A DNA stretch of 62,682 bases, counting the filler, from Stramenopiles sp. TOSAG23-2 (lineage: Eukaryota), in NCBI GenBank assembly GCA_900128395.1. It is 7 parts of 7 records of this genome, joined end to end, with 100 filler letters (N's around TTAATTAATTAA, not from the genome) between each part and the next. Parts side by side here need not be neighbours in the genome. Positions count along the whole stretch, not along the records: positions 11,961 to 23,804 come from LT649894.1; 6 more parts are not named here. One strand, given 5' to 3'. Of this stretch, positions 11,965 through 23,804 are shown piece by piece. The notes below the pieces were generated by a model. It saw only the letters and a list, made by a program, of their open reading frames with translations, made no database searches and was not told where the DNA came from. Every line of letters begins with the position of its first letter. The first letter of the stretch is position 1. A program made the position numbers and the translations under genes.

Positions 11965-12978
11965 ATGGCATCAATAAATACTAACAATGGCGTTTTATTT
12001 CCGATTGGTGCCATTCCAACAATGATTACTCCATTCATTGATAATAATAATAATATTGAAATTGATTATAATGCAATTGATGGATTACTAGATTTTTATA
12101 TTGGTAAGGGATGTGTTGGTATATTTTCTCCATGTTTATCTTCTGAAATGTTTGATTTGTCATCTAGTGAACGGTTAGAACTAGCGAAATATATATTTAC
12201 CAAAGTGAATGGTCGTATCGTTGTTGTAAGCACTGGAACATATGATGGTAAAACTATTGAGGAACAAGGTGAATTTATCAATGAAATGTCTAAATATTGT
12301 GACGCGGTTGTCATCAATACATCTACACTTGTTCCTAAAGAATCAAGTGAAATTGAATGGAAAACCGCAATGGAGACCATTTTATCACTTACTGGAAATG
12401 TTAAATTAGGTTTATATGAATGTCCAGTCCCTTATAAAAGATTATTATCCCCTGATCTTATTGAATGGTGTGCTGCAACAAATAGATTTTATTTTCATAA
12501 AGATACGTCATGTTTATCCACTGAAATCAAAGCAAAAGTGAAAGCGGTATCTAAACATACAAATTTTCGATTTTACAATGCAAATGTAGAGACACTTTTG
12601 ACGTCACTTCGTGATGGTGGTCATGGTTTTTCTGGAATTTCTGCAAATTTTTATCCACAATTGCATGTATGGTTGTGTAAACATGCTAATGTACATAGTA
12701 ATAATGGTGGGGATGATAAGGTGATAAAAGAAAAACAACTACAAAAGGTTCAAGATTTCTTATCTCTTGCAGAAGCGACTGTATGTATTAATTATCCAGC
12801 AAGTGCAAAAGCATATTTATGTAGCCATTTATTTATATTAAATAATCATATTTGTAGGACAAAAGGACCAGATGGGAATCCAAAAGGCAAGACTCCATTT
12901 TTAGAACATCAAATTGTTGCATTGAATGCTATGAGAAGAATGGAACAAAGTTTATCAAAGGAGTTGGGGATCGTATGA
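11965..12978 (+). CDS. Dihydrodipicolinate synthase / N-acetylneuraminate lyase family protein
   Basis: PTMITPF, CLSSEMFDLSSSER, LYECP (Tyr), HKDTS (Schiff-base Lys). Confidence 0.88.
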   Translation: MASINTNNGVLFPIGAIPTMITPFIDNNNNIEIDYNAIDGLLDFYIGKGCVGIFSPCLSSEMFDLSSSERLELAKYIFTKVNGRIVVVSTGTYDGKTIEEQGEFINEMSKYCDAVVINTSTLVPKESSEIEWKTAMETILSLTGNVKLGLYECPVPYKRLLSPDLIEWCAATNRFYFHKDTSCLSTEIKAKVKAVSKHTNFRFYNANVETLLTSLRDGGHGFSGISANFYPQLHVWLCKHANVHSNNGGDDKVIKEKQLQKVQDFLSLAEATVCINYPASAKAYLCSHLFILNNHICRTKGPDGNPKGKTPFLEHQIVALNAMRRMEQSLSKELGIV

Positions 12979-13273
12979 TATAAAATATTTTTCGTATTCA
13001 CATATCATATTCATATCATATCATATATATATTATTATATATTACTTTTTTCCATTTAGATACGACATTTTGTTACTAAAATCTCCTCTCTCTCTCTCTG
13101 TCTGTCCTCCCTTTCCTACTAGCACTCTATCTAGTATTAATACTCTAGTATCATTACGTATAATGTAATTAAATACAACAAAAATCATTTATCAGGCGGT
13201 GTGGGGCTCGAGGTAGAGGGGGGTATGAATATATTATACGGATACGGACGTAAAATAAATTTATAAAATATTA

Positions 13274-13865
13274 TTAATCTTCATTACCTTCCTCTCTTTT
13301 AATCGAAGTAAATATAATGCTATTTTCAATTACTGGATCTGAACGGGAGAAGAAAGCAAATACACGTTCTTTTAAAGCTTTTGATCTAGGCAAATTTGAA
13401 TTTAGTAACATTCGAAAATATAATTCTAACTGGCTTCTCCGCTTTTCTAAATAATTTGGTTGTCTATTGCCAAACCATTTTTTTCTTAGGAAAACGTAGG
13501 ACGTCCAAAGCTTCCGGAGCAAATCTAACTAAATCTGTATGAAATTTTAATATAGAAGAATATCTACGAAATACTATCCATTTCTGTTTACCATCCGCAA
13601 TAACAATTTTATATGCAGCGAAATTATCTGCTATCAATGTAACAGATGGTATCCGAATAGTCAATGCTGCTAAATTTACAAGATTATTTTGTTGTGAAGA
13701 CATTGATGGTTGTTGTTTCATATTAATATTATTATCATTATTATTATTATTATTATTAATTATTTGATTTGTACTGTGAAATTTAGTTAAACTACTATAC
13801 CCTGTTTCGTCTGTCGTGACTTCCGGTGCTTGTTTCGTTTCATTATCTGTTACTAAACTTGCCAT
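13274..13865 (-). CDS. PX-domain protein, frameshifted in an A7 run
   Basis: VFRRYS..F..FPKKK in one frame and WFGN..LEKRRSQLELYF in the next; deleting one base of the run at 13478-13484 joins them. Confidence 0.8.
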
Positions 13866-14518
13866 CGTAATTATTTCTGAATCTATATATCAAGTCATTT
13901 GTTTTTCTCTTGGCTAGCATGTATCCGATACACTAACCTATATGTACAACTATATCGAATTATCCATCAAAACAATAGATATCTTTTTTATTGCGCAGAG
14001 GATTGGCGGATTTAGATTGGCAGCATTATTTTTTTGATCATTTTTTCGAAGATTTCACAGTGCTATCCAGGCTATCAAATGACCCTGAATTATACTTGAC
14101 AGGGTAATTAGAATACGAATTTAGATTGTCTGCCTTCGGTTTTTATCGGCCTCTTTTCAGTTAAAAAAATATTCTGTGTGTCCTGTGACGCAAAAAAAGT
14201 TCTGTCCGCCTGTGTGTGGCAACTGTGTGTGTTGTGTCCATGGTAAATATTATTTGATTTTGTGTTCTGTTAGTCGCTACTGCAATTTCTTTGCAATATG
14301 GTAAATCAAAAACCTACAAGGGACATACCATTAAATATCTTTTAACTTCTCCCTGTTTTAACGAACGTACTTATGAAAAACATATATCTATACCCTTCCA
14401 CAGAAAACATACTGTACTGTAGGTATAGATGAAAGAACAATATTTGAAAACAAACAATAGATCGTTGTTTTTGGTATTACATATATATAGATATTTATAA
14501 CAGAAATAGTATATAAAT

Positions 14519-15679
14519 ATGAAGCAACGATATCAAGCATTTTCGTATATAATAATAGCATTTGCTTTGCAACAAATTAAAACAACTTATGCTACTGATA
14601 ATGGCAATGTAAACTATGGCACGGACCCATTGCTACAGCTGGAGGTAGATAATAATGGAAATACGCTGAACAATAATAATAATAATAACAACAATAAAAA
14701 TGGGAACAAGAATAAAATTGACGATAATAGCTCTGCTACGAAATTGTTAAAGAAGAACTATTATGATAATATTGAATTAATTCCGCAAGTAATATCAACA
14801 CAACCACGTGTGACATATTATGAGAACTTTTTAACAGATGACGAATGTGAATATTTTAAAAATAAGGCTCCTGAACTCGAAGATTGGGATGATACTCGTA
14901 GTTACACGTCTGTTTATTTTAAAGATAGTGCATTTTACAACAACGAGATGGTAAACAAAATTGAATGGAGAATTGCAGGAATAACGGGAATCATGCCACA
15001 TTATGATCAAGAAGCATTGTGTATACATAAAATAAAACCAGAGCCTGATATCAATAAAAAAAGATTAGATAATATTCATCATGATAAAGCAAATAAACCT
15101 TGGACGACTGTCACTGTTTTGATGTATTTAGCTGATACGGAATTAGGAGGTGAAACGATATTTCCATGCAATTTGAATCAATCTACTTCGAATTTATGTA
15201 GACGATCATTTAATGGTAGAGCTCGATGGCATAATGGTAAACGTACCGTTGTTGAAGGTGTCATTCATTATACGGGGGAAAATAACAATGGGAAAAAATC
15301 CAAAGTCGAAAAAGAAATGAAAAAATTAAGAGATATAACATCAGATCTATGTGCAGAAACATATACGTCTTTAAAAGATAATAATAATGATGATATGAAT
15401 ACAGAACAATTAGCGGAATCCGTTAGTCAAAATGTAGAATATCTTAGTTCTGTGACAAAGCATGGCCAAGGTGCTTTAAAAGTTAAGCCAAAGAAAGGTA
15501 GTGCCATTATGTTTTGGCACGATAACGTTGGGTTTTCAGGTTTAGGTGTTGGTGATCCATTGGCTTGGCACACTGGTTGTCATCCTTATACAGGTACGAA
15601 ATGGACCATGCAAAAATTTAGTGAAGTACCTATGAGTACAAGGCGTGAGATACGTATGACACGACGAGTAAAAAAATAA
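14519..15679 (+). CDS. Secreted/ER prolyl 4-hydroxylase-like 2OG-Fe(II) oxygenase
   Basis: Signal peptide, PRVTYYENFLTDDEC, HHD (HxD), TVLMYLADTELGGETIFP, VKPKKGSAIMFW, WHTGC..GTKW. Confidence 0.88.
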   Translation: MKQRYQAFSYIIIAFALQQIKTTYATDNGNVNYGTDPLLQLEVDNNGNTLNNNNNNNNNKNGNKNKIDDNSSATKLLKKNYYDNIELIPQVISTQPRVTYYENFLTDDECEYFKNKAPELEDWDDTRSYTSVYFKDSAFYNNEMVNKIEWRIAGITGIMPHYDQEALCIHKIKPEPDINKKRLDNIHHDKANKPWTTVTVLMYLADTELGGETIFPCNLNQSTSNLCRRSFNGRARWHNGKRTVVEGVIHYTGENNNGKKSKVEKEMKKLRDITSDLCAETYTSLKDNNNDDMNTEQLAESVSQNVEYLSSVTKHGQGALKVKPKKGSAIMFWHDNVGFSGLGVGDPLAWHTGCHPYTGTKWTMQKFSEVPMSTRREIRMTRRVKK

Positions 15680-16106
15680 CATGTTTTACCGACACACGTG
15701 TTTTTTTTTTATTATTCACGGCTCACATGTAAGCTTTGATATTTCATGTCAAAAAGAATTCTTTTTTGTTCATATGTGTGCGGTGTGATTTATATACGAG
15801 TGAGCTCGTATAAAAAAATTTTGATAAACTTTTCTCGCTTTAATTTAAACTTTTGATATATATATATAATTTTATTAATAATATATAATATCATACGAGT
15901 ATATATACTTCGTATATGTTTGTAATGAATAAGAGAATTCTCGTATATATAATATGTACTCGTATGTATTATAATAAAAAAATAAGCGAATTATTTTATG
16001 ATATATATTATCATATATATGAGTAAGAGAACATTTTATATATATATATGTACAACAAGAGCATGTTCGTAAGTAAATAAAAAAGCAAAACACAGATTGC
16101 ACCTCC

Positions 16107-16988
16107 CTACAATTTTGCGGTTAGATTAAAATCATGATCCTCTGGATTTTTTATATATGGCAATGGATTTTCTTTTCGTATGATCTTCAATTTTTCTTCA
16201 ATTTCTTTACTTGAAAATTTATACAATTCTGCCATATTCAATCTTCCAAGATTTTTAGCCTTTATATCTTCTTCCTCGTCATCATTATCAACTTTTGGCC
16301 TTTTAATTGAATCCAACATTTTAACAGAATACGTATCGTTATTAAATATTTTGAATTCCATTATTCTCATTTCACAATTTTCAAAACCATGTAACATTTT
16401 TTCTTTATCCATCATTGTAATTTTTTTATTTTTATCTGTAAACAATGATTGACCCATAAAGCCTGCATGGGAAACACATGCAATTATTTTTTCATTTCGA
16501 CTAGATATGAATTTTAAAAATTTATTTGCACGGTCAATACTATTTTGACGCGGTTCTCTGTTCAATCGCCATAACATATCTTTTCCACTAATTTGTGAGA
16601 AATCAAAATATGGGTATTCTTTTGAAACAATTGAACGATTACGTCTTTGTTCACATGGAAAACGTCCATGACGTTCTCGTAATTCTTCTACTACTAAAAA
16701 TGTCTTTTTTTTTAAATGATTTTGAAATACTAACGAAGCTGTTTTCAAAGTACGTGAACATGGAGAAACACATATTAACTCTGGCGTCATTATTTTTGGT
16801 CGTTTTAATATTTCTTCATATAATGACCTTGCTTCTTGTATACCACGATCAGATAAACGAGAATCACGAAATTTTGTAGCATACATTGTCAATACTTCAT
16901 CTCCACTTAATTTTTTTTCTTCTAACGATAAATTATGTGATGACTGGCCATGCCTTACAAAATATAATATTTTCGTATCTTTTAACAT
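16107..16988 (-). CDS. Histidine phosphatase (phosphoglycerate mutase-like), C-terminal PTS1-like AKL
   Basis: VRHGQSSHN, SPCSRTLKTA, LRE, VSHAGF, FENCE. Confidence 0.9.
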   Translation of the reverse strand: MLKDTKILYFVRHGQSSHNLSLEEKKLSGDEVLTMYATKFRDSRLSDRGIQEARSLYEEILKRPKIMTPELICVSPCSRTLKTASLVFQNHLKKKTFLVVEELRERHGRFPCEQRRNRSIVSKEYPYFDFSQISGKDMLWRLNREPRQNSIDRANKFLKFISSRNEKIIACVSHAGFMGQSLFTDKNKKITMMDKEKMLHGFENCEMRIMEFKIFNNDTYSVKMLDSIKRPKVDNDDEEEDIKAKNLGRLNMAELYKFSSKEIEEKLKIIRKENPLPYIKNPEDHDFNLTAKL

Positions 16989-17460
16989 GTTTAAATGATT
17001 ATAAATTTTATTAAATTTTTCAATTGGTATGATTACATTCCAAGCTATATTACTTAATATATATGGTTATACGTATGCGTGTGTATTTTTAATTTCTTCC
17101 GTGTAATATTCTATGTTTTAGATGTTAAATTTTCTTTAAAATAATTGTTCCACATTTTAGACGACTATCTATCTATTGCCTTTAAAGTTTTATATTCCCA
17201 CATGTTAGACGGTCTAATTTTATTAAGAGTCAATGTGATTGCGGTGTGTTGCATTCTGGCATTCTAATTCTGGCATTATTAACCAGGTTGACATTAAATA
17301 TAAGAGAATTTGATGTGACTGTTTTTACGGATATTTTCCAATTATTATGTCCATGTAACTTTTTGTCATTTTAGTACTTTACTTAAAATTTTTATATAAA
17401 TTTATTTAAATTTTGCACCACACACCACACCAAACAAATTTATATATAAAAAAAAAGTTT

Positions 17461-17874
17461 TTACAAAATTTTTTTCATCTCAGTTTCCACATTATTTATC
17501 AATTCTCTATCAAAACAATTTTCTTCGCAAAGTGACGCTTGTTTAAATATTTTTTTACTAGTTTCATAATCTTTCAAATTAAGATACGCTTTTGTTAACA
17601 AATACAAAGCCGTAGAATCCGTAGGATCTAATGTAACAGCTGCACCTAATGCTATTGAAGCATTTTTGTAATCTTTTATATTAATAGAGCTAAATTTGCT
17701 GCACCTTGCACTTCGTGTTTCATTTAATGTACTATTAAGTAATGAATGCATTTCCGATTCAATAAAAGTTAACTCGTTAATATCAACGCATAAATGTCCA
17801 TATTCTTTTGGTACGTTATTTTCAACGGCTGTAGTCATTTTTTCTTCCTCAGCCATCTTCACTGCTTCACAATA
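17461..17874 (-). CDS. Last exon of a TPR-containing protein (5' part lost at the palindrome axis)
   Basis: TPR pattern YKNASIALGAAVTLDPTDSTALYLLTKAY; the frame stays open up to a (TA)nAG acceptor-like site. Confidence 0.65.
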   Translation of the reverse strand, partial: YCEAVKMAEEEKMTTAVENNVPKEYGHLCVDINELTFIESEMHSLLNSTLNETRSARCSKFSSINIKDYKNASIALGAAVTLDPTDSTALYLLTKAYLNLKDYETSKKIFKQASLCEENCFDRELINNVETEMKKIL

Positions 17875-17890
17875 CTATATATATATATAG

Positions 17891-18304
17891 TATTGTGAAG
17901 CAGTGAAGATGGCTGAGGAAGAAAAAATGACTACAGCCGTTGAAAATAACGTACCAAAAGAATATGGACATTTATGCGTTGATATTAACGAGTTAACTTT
18001 TATTGAATCGGAAATGCATTCATTACTTAATAGTACATTAAATGAAACACGAAGTGCAAGGTGCAGCAAATTTAGCTCTATTAATATAAAAGATTACAAA
18101 AATGCTTCAATAGCATTAGGTGCAGCTGTTACATTAGATCCTACGGATTCTACGGCTTTGTATTTGTTAACAAAAGCGTATCTTAATTTGAAAGATTATG
18201 AAACTAGTAAAAAAATATTTAAACAAGCGTCACTTTGCGAAGAAAATTGTTTTGATAGAGAATTGATAAATAATGTGGAAACTGAGATGAAAAAAATTTT
18301 GTAA
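17891..18304 (+). CDS. Mirror copy of the TPR exon
   Basis: Reverse complement of 17461-17874. Confidence 0.6.
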   Translation, partial: YCEAVKMAEEEKMTTAVENNVPKEYGHLCVDINELTFIESEMHSLLNSTLNETRSARCSKFSSINIKDYKNASIALGAAVTLDPTDSTALYLLTKAYLNLKDYETSKKIFKQASLCEENCFDRELINNVETEMKKIL

Positions 18305-18776
18305 AAACTTTTTTTTTATATATAAATTTGTTTGGTGTGGTGTGTGGTGCAAAATTTAAATAAATTTATATAAAAATTTTAAGTAAAGTACTAAAATGAC
18401 AAAAAGTTACATGGACATAATAATTGGAAAATATCCGTAAAAACAGTCACATCAAATTCTCTTATATTTAATGTCAACCTGGTTAATAATGCCAGAATTA
18501 GAATGCCAGAATGCAACACACCGCAATCACATTGACTCTTAATAAAATTAGACCGTCTAACATGTGGGAATATAAAACTTTAAAGGCAATAGATAGATAG
18601 TCGTCTAAAATGTGGAACAATTATTTTAAAGAAAATTTAACATCTAAAACATAGAATATTACACGGAAGAAATTAAAAATACACACGCATACGTATAACC
18701 ATATATATTAAGTAATATAGCTTGGAATGTAATCATACCAATTGAAAAATTTAATAAAATTTATAATCATTTAAAC

Positions 18777-19658
18777 ATGTTAAAAGATACGAAAATATTA
18801 TATTTTGTAAGGCATGGCCAGTCATCACATAATTTATCGTTAGAAGAAAAAAAATTAAGTGGAGATGAAGTATTGACAATGTATGCTACAAAATTTCGTG
18901 ATTCTCGTTTATCTGATCGTGGTATACAAGAAGCAAGGTCATTATATGAAGAAATATTAAAACGACCAAAAATAATGACGCCAGAGTTAATATGTGTTTC
19001 TCCATGTTCACGTACTTTGAAAACAGCTTCGTTAGTATTTCAAAATCATTTAAAAAAAAAGACATTTTTAGTAGTAGAAGAATTACGAGAACGTCATGGA
19101 CGTTTTCCATGTGAACAAAGACGTAATCGTTCAATTGTTTCAAAAGAATACCCATATTTTGATTTCTCACAAATTAGTGGAAAAGATATGTTATGGCGAT
19201 TGAACAGAGAACCGCGTCAAAATAGTATTGACCGTGCAAATAAATTTTTAAAATTCATATCTAGTCGAAATGAAAAAATAATTGCATGTGTTTCCCATGC
19301 AGGCTTTATGGGTCAATCATTGTTTACAGATAAAAATAAAAAAATTACAATGATGGATAAAGAAAAAATGTTACATGGTTTTGAAAATTGTGAAATGAGA
19401 ATAATGGAATTCAAAATATTTAATAACGATACGTATTCTGTTAAAATGTTGGATTCAATTAAAAGGCCAAAAGTTGATAATGATGACGAGGAAGAAGATA
19501 TAAAGGCTAAAAATCTTGGAAGATTGAATATGGCAGAATTGTATAAATTTTCAAGTAAAGAAATTGAAGAAAAATTGAAGATCATACGAAAAGAAAATCC
19601 ATTGCCATATATAAAAAATCCAGAGGATCATGATTTTAATCTAACCGCAAAATTGTAG
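18777..19658 (+). CDS. Mirror copy of the histidine phosphatase
   Basis: Translation identical to 16107-16988. Confidence 0.85.
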   Translation: MLKDTKILYFVRHGQSSHNLSLEEKKLSGDEVLTMYATKFRDSRLSDRGIQEARSLYEEILKRPKIMTPELICVSPCSRTLKTASLVFQNHLKKKTFLVVEELRERHGRFPCEQRRNRSIVSKEYPYFDFSQISGKDMLWRLNREPRQNSIDRANKFLKFISSRNEKIIACVSHAGFMGQSLFTDKNKKITMMDKEKMLHGFENCEMRIMEFKIFNNDTYSVKMLDSIKRPKVDNDDEEEDIKAKNLGRLNMAELYKFSSKEIEEKLKIIRKENPLPYIKNPEDHDFNLTAKL

Positions 19659-20085
19659 GGAGGTGCAATCTGTGTTTTGCTTTTTTATTTACTTACGAAC
19701 ATGCTCTTGTTGTACATATATATATATAAAATGTTCTCTTACTCATATATATGATAATATATATCATAAAATAATTCGCTTATTTTTTTATTATAATACA
19801 TACGAGTACATATTATATATACGAGAATTCTCTTATTCATTACAAACATATACGAAGTATATATACTCGTATGATATTATATATTATTAATAAAATTATA
19901 TATATATATCAAAAGTTTAAATTAAAGCGAGAAAAGTTTATCAAAATTTTTTTATACGAGCTCACTCGTATATAAATCACACCGCACACATATGAACAAA
20001 AAAGAATTCTTTTTGACATGAAATATCAAAGCTTACATGTGAGCCGTGAATAATAAAAAAAAAACACGTGTGTCGGTAAAACATG

Positions 20086-21246
20086 TTATTTTTTTACTCG
20101 TCGTGTCATACGTATCTCACGCCTTGTACTCATAGGTACTTCACTAAATTTTTGCATGGTCCATTTCGTACCTGTATAAGGATGACAACCAGTGTGCCAA
20201 GCCAATGGATCACCAACACCTAAACCTGAAAACCCAACGTTATCGTGCCAAAACATAATGGCACTACCTTTCTTTGGCTTAACTTTTAAAGCACCTTGGC
20301 CATGCTTTGTCACAGAACTAAGATATTCTACATTTTGACTAACGGATTCCGCTAATTGTTCTGTATTCATATCATCATTATTATTATCTTTTAAAGACGT
20401 ATATGTTTCTGCACATAGATCTGATGTTATATCTCTTAATTTTTTCATTTCTTTTTCGACTTTGGATTTTTTCCCATTGTTATTTTCCCCCGTATAATGA
20501 ATGACACCTTCAACAACGGTACGTTTACCATTATGCCATCGAGCTCTACCATTAAATGATCGTCTACATAAATTCGAAGTAGATTGATTCAAATTGCATG
20601 GAAATATCGTTTCACCTCCTAATTCCGTATCAGCTAAATACATCAAAACAGTGACAGTCGTCCAAGGTTTATTTGCTTTATCATGATGAATATTATCTAA
20701 TCTTTTTTTATTGATATCAGGCTCTGGTTTTATTTTATGTATACACAATGCTTCTTGATCATAATGTGGCATGATTCCCGTTATTCCTGCAATTCTCCAT
20801 TCAATTTTGTTTACCATCTCGTTGTTGTAAAATGCACTATCTTTAAAATAAACAGACGTGTAACTACGAGTATCATCCCAATCTTCGAGTTCAGGAGCCT
20901 TATTTTTAAAATATTCACATTCGTCATCTGTTAAAAAGTTCTCATAATATGTCACACGTGGTTGTGTTGATATTACTTGCGGAATTAATTCAATATTATC
21001 ATAATAGTTCTTCTTTAACAATTTCGTAGCAGAGCTATTATCGTCAATTTTATTCTTGTTCCCATTTTTATTGTTGTTATTATTATTATTATTGTTCAGC
21101 GTATTTCCATTATTATCTACCTCCAGCTGTAGCAATGGGTCCGTGCCATAGTTTACATTGCCATTATCAGTAGCATAAGTTGTTTTAATTTGTTGCAAAG
21201 CAAATGCTATTATTATATACGAAAATGCTTGATATCGTTGCTTCAT
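20086..21246 (-). CDS. Mirror copy of the P4H-like oxygenase
   Basis: Translation identical to 14519-15679. Confidence 0.85.
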   Translation of the reverse strand: MKQRYQAFSYIIIAFALQQIKTTYATDNGNVNYGTDPLLQLEVDNNGNTLNNNNNNNNNKNGNKNKIDDNSSATKLLKKNYYDNIELIPQVISTQPRVTYYENFLTDDECEYFKNKAPELEDWDDTRSYTSVYFKDSAFYNNEMVNKIEWRIAGITGIMPHYDQEALCIHKIKPEPDINKKRLDNIHHDKANKPWTTVTVLMYLADTELGGETIFPCNLNQSTSNLCRRSFNGRARWHNGKRTVVEGVIHYTGENNNGKKSKVEKEMKKLRDITSDLCAETYTSLKDNNNDDMNTEQLAESVSQNVEYLSSVTKHGQGALKVKPKKGSAIMFWHDNVGFSGLGVGDPLAWHTGCHPYTGTKWTMQKFSEVPMSTRREIRMTRRVKK

Positions 21247-21899
21247 ATTTATATACTATTTCTGTTATAAATATCTATATATATGTAATACCAAAAACAA
21301 CGATCTATTGTTTGTTTTCAAATATTGTTCTTTCATCTATACCTACAGTACAGTATGTTTTCTGTGGAAGGGTATAGATATATGTTTTTCATAAGTACGT
21401 TCGTTAAAACAGGGAGAAGTTAAAAGATATTTAATGGTATGTCCCTTGTAGGTTTTTGATTTACCATATTGCAAAGAAATTGCAGTAGCGACTAACAGAA
21501 CACAAAATCAAATAATATTTACCATGGACACAACACACACAGTTGCCACACACAGGCGGACAGAACTTTTTTTGCGTCACAGGACACACAGAATATTTTT
21601 TTAACTGAAAAGAGGCCGATAAAAACCGAAGGCAGACAATCTAAATTCGTATTCTAATTACCCTGTCAAGTATAATTCAGGGTCATTTGATAGCCTGGAT
21701 AGCACTGTGAAATCTTCGAAAAAATGATCAAAAAAATAATGCTGCCAATCTAAATCCGCCAATCCTCTGCGCAATAAAAAAGATATCTATTGTTTTGATG
21801 GATAATTCGATATAGTTGTACATATAGGTTAGTGTATCGGATACATGCTAGCCAAGAGAAAAACAAATGACTTGATATATAGATTCAGAAATAATTACG

Positions 21900-22491
21900 A
21901 TGGCAAGTTTAGTAACAGATAATGAAACGAAACAAGCACCGGAAGTCACGACAGACGAAACAGGGTATAGTAGTTTAACTAAATTTCACAGTACAAATCA
22001 AATAATTAATAATAATAATAATAATAATGATAATAATATTAATATGAAACAACAACCATCAATGTCTTCACAACAAAATAATCTTGTAAATTTAGCAGCA
22101 TTGACTATTCGGATACCATCTGTTACATTGATAGCAGATAATTTCGCTGCATATAAAATTGTTATTGCGGATGGTAAACAGAAATGGATAGTATTTCGTA
22201 GATATTCTTCTATATTAAAATTTCATACAGATTTAGTTAGATTTGCTCCGGAAGCTTTGGACGTCCTACGTTTTCCTAAGAAAAAAATGGTTTGGCAATA
22301 GACAACCAAATTATTTAGAAAAGCGGAGAAGCCAGTTAGAATTATATTTTCGAATGTTACTAAATTCAAATTTGCCTAGATCAAAAGCTTTAAAAGAACG
22401 TGTATTTGCTTTCTTCTCCCGTTCAGATCCAGTAATTGAAAATAGCATTATATTTACTTCGATTAAAAGAGAGGAAGGTAATGAAGATTAA
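21900..22491 (+). CDS. Mirror copy of the frameshifted PX-domain gene
   Basis: Same A7 run at 22281-22287. Confidence 0.75.
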
Positions 22492-22786
22492 TAATATTTT
22501 ATAAATTTATTTTACGTCCGTATCCGTATAATATATTCATACCCCCCTCTACCTCGAGCCCCACACCGCCTGATAAATGATTTTTGTTGTATTTAATTAC
22601 ATTATACGTAATGATACTAGAGTATTAATACTAGATAGAGTGCTAGTAGGAAAGGGAGGACAGACAGAGAGAGAGAGAGGAGATTTTAGTAACAAAATGT
22701 CGTATCTAAATGGAAAAAAGTAATATATAATAATATATATATGATATGATATGAATATGATATGTGAATACGAAAAATATTTTATA

Positions 22787-23800
22787 TCATACGATCCCCA
22801 ACTCCTTTGATAAACTTTGTTCCATTCTTCTCATAGCATTCAATGCAACAATTTGATGTTCTAAAAATGGAGTCTTGCCTTTTGGATTCCCATCTGGTCC
22901 TTTTGTCCTACAAATATGATTATTTAATATAAATAAATGGCTACATAAATATGCTTTTGCACTTGCTGGATAATTAATACATACAGTCGCTTCTGCAAGA
23001 GATAAGAAATCTTGAACCTTTTGTAGTTGTTTTTCTTTTATCACCTTATCATCCCCACCATTATTACTATGTACATTAGCATGTTTACACAACCATACAT
23101 GCAATTGTGGATAAAAATTTGCAGAAATTCCAGAAAAACCATGACCACCATCACGAAGTGACGTCAAAAGTGTCTCTACATTTGCATTGTAAAATCGAAA
23201 ATTTGTATGTTTAGATACCGCTTTCACTTTTGCTTTGATTTCAGTGGATAAACATGACGTATCTTTATGAAAATAAAATCTATTTGTTGCAGCACACCAT
23301 TCAATAAGATCAGGGGATAATAATCTTTTATAAGGGACTGGACATTCATATAAACCTAATTTAACATTTCCAGTAAGTGATAAAATGGTCTCCATTGCGG
23401 TTTTCCATTCAATTTCACTTGATTCTTTAGGAACAAGTGTAGATGTATTGATGACAACCGCGTCACAATATTTAGACATTTCATTGATAAATTCACCTTG
23501 TTCCTCAATAGTTTTACCATCATATGTTCCAGTGCTTACAACAACGATACGACCATTCACTTTGGTAAATATATATTTCGCTAGTTCTAACCGTTCACTA
23601 GATGACAAATCAAACATTTCAGAAGATAAACATGGAGAAAATATACCAACACATCCCTTACCAATATAAAAATCTAGTAATCCATCAATTGCATTATAAT
23701 CAATTTCAATATTATTATTATTATCAATGAATGGAGTAATCATTGTTGGAATGGCACCAATCGGAAATAAAACGCCATTGTTAGTATTTATTGATGCCAT
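22787..23800 (-). CDS. Mirror copy of the DHDPS-family gene
   Basis: Translation identical to 11965-12978. Confidence 0.85.
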   Translation of the reverse strand: MASINTNNGVLFPIGAIPTMITPFIDNNNNIEIDYNAIDGLLDFYIGKGCVGIFSPCLSSEMFDLSSSERLELAKYIFTKVNGRIVVVSTGTYDGKTIEEQGEFINEMSKYCDAVVINTSTLVPKESSEIEWKTAMETILSLTGNVKLGLYECPVPYKRLLSPDLIEWCAATNRFYFHKDTSCLSTEIKAKVKAVSKHTNFRFYNANVETLLTSLRDGGHGFSGISANFYPQLHVWLCKHANVHSNNGGDDKVIKEKQLQKVQDFLSLAEATVCINYPASAKAYLCSHLFILNNHICRTKGPDGNPKGKTPFLEHQIVALNAMRRMEQSLSKELGIV

Positions 23801-23804
23801 TATG

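Larger units (their letters stand above)
11961..23804. repeat. Whole-contig palindrome (two 5922-bp arms, axis at 17882/17883)
   Basis: Every ORF is mirrored with coordinate sum 35765 and an identical translation; the axis lies in the (TA)7 tract at 17876-17889. Confidence 0.98.
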
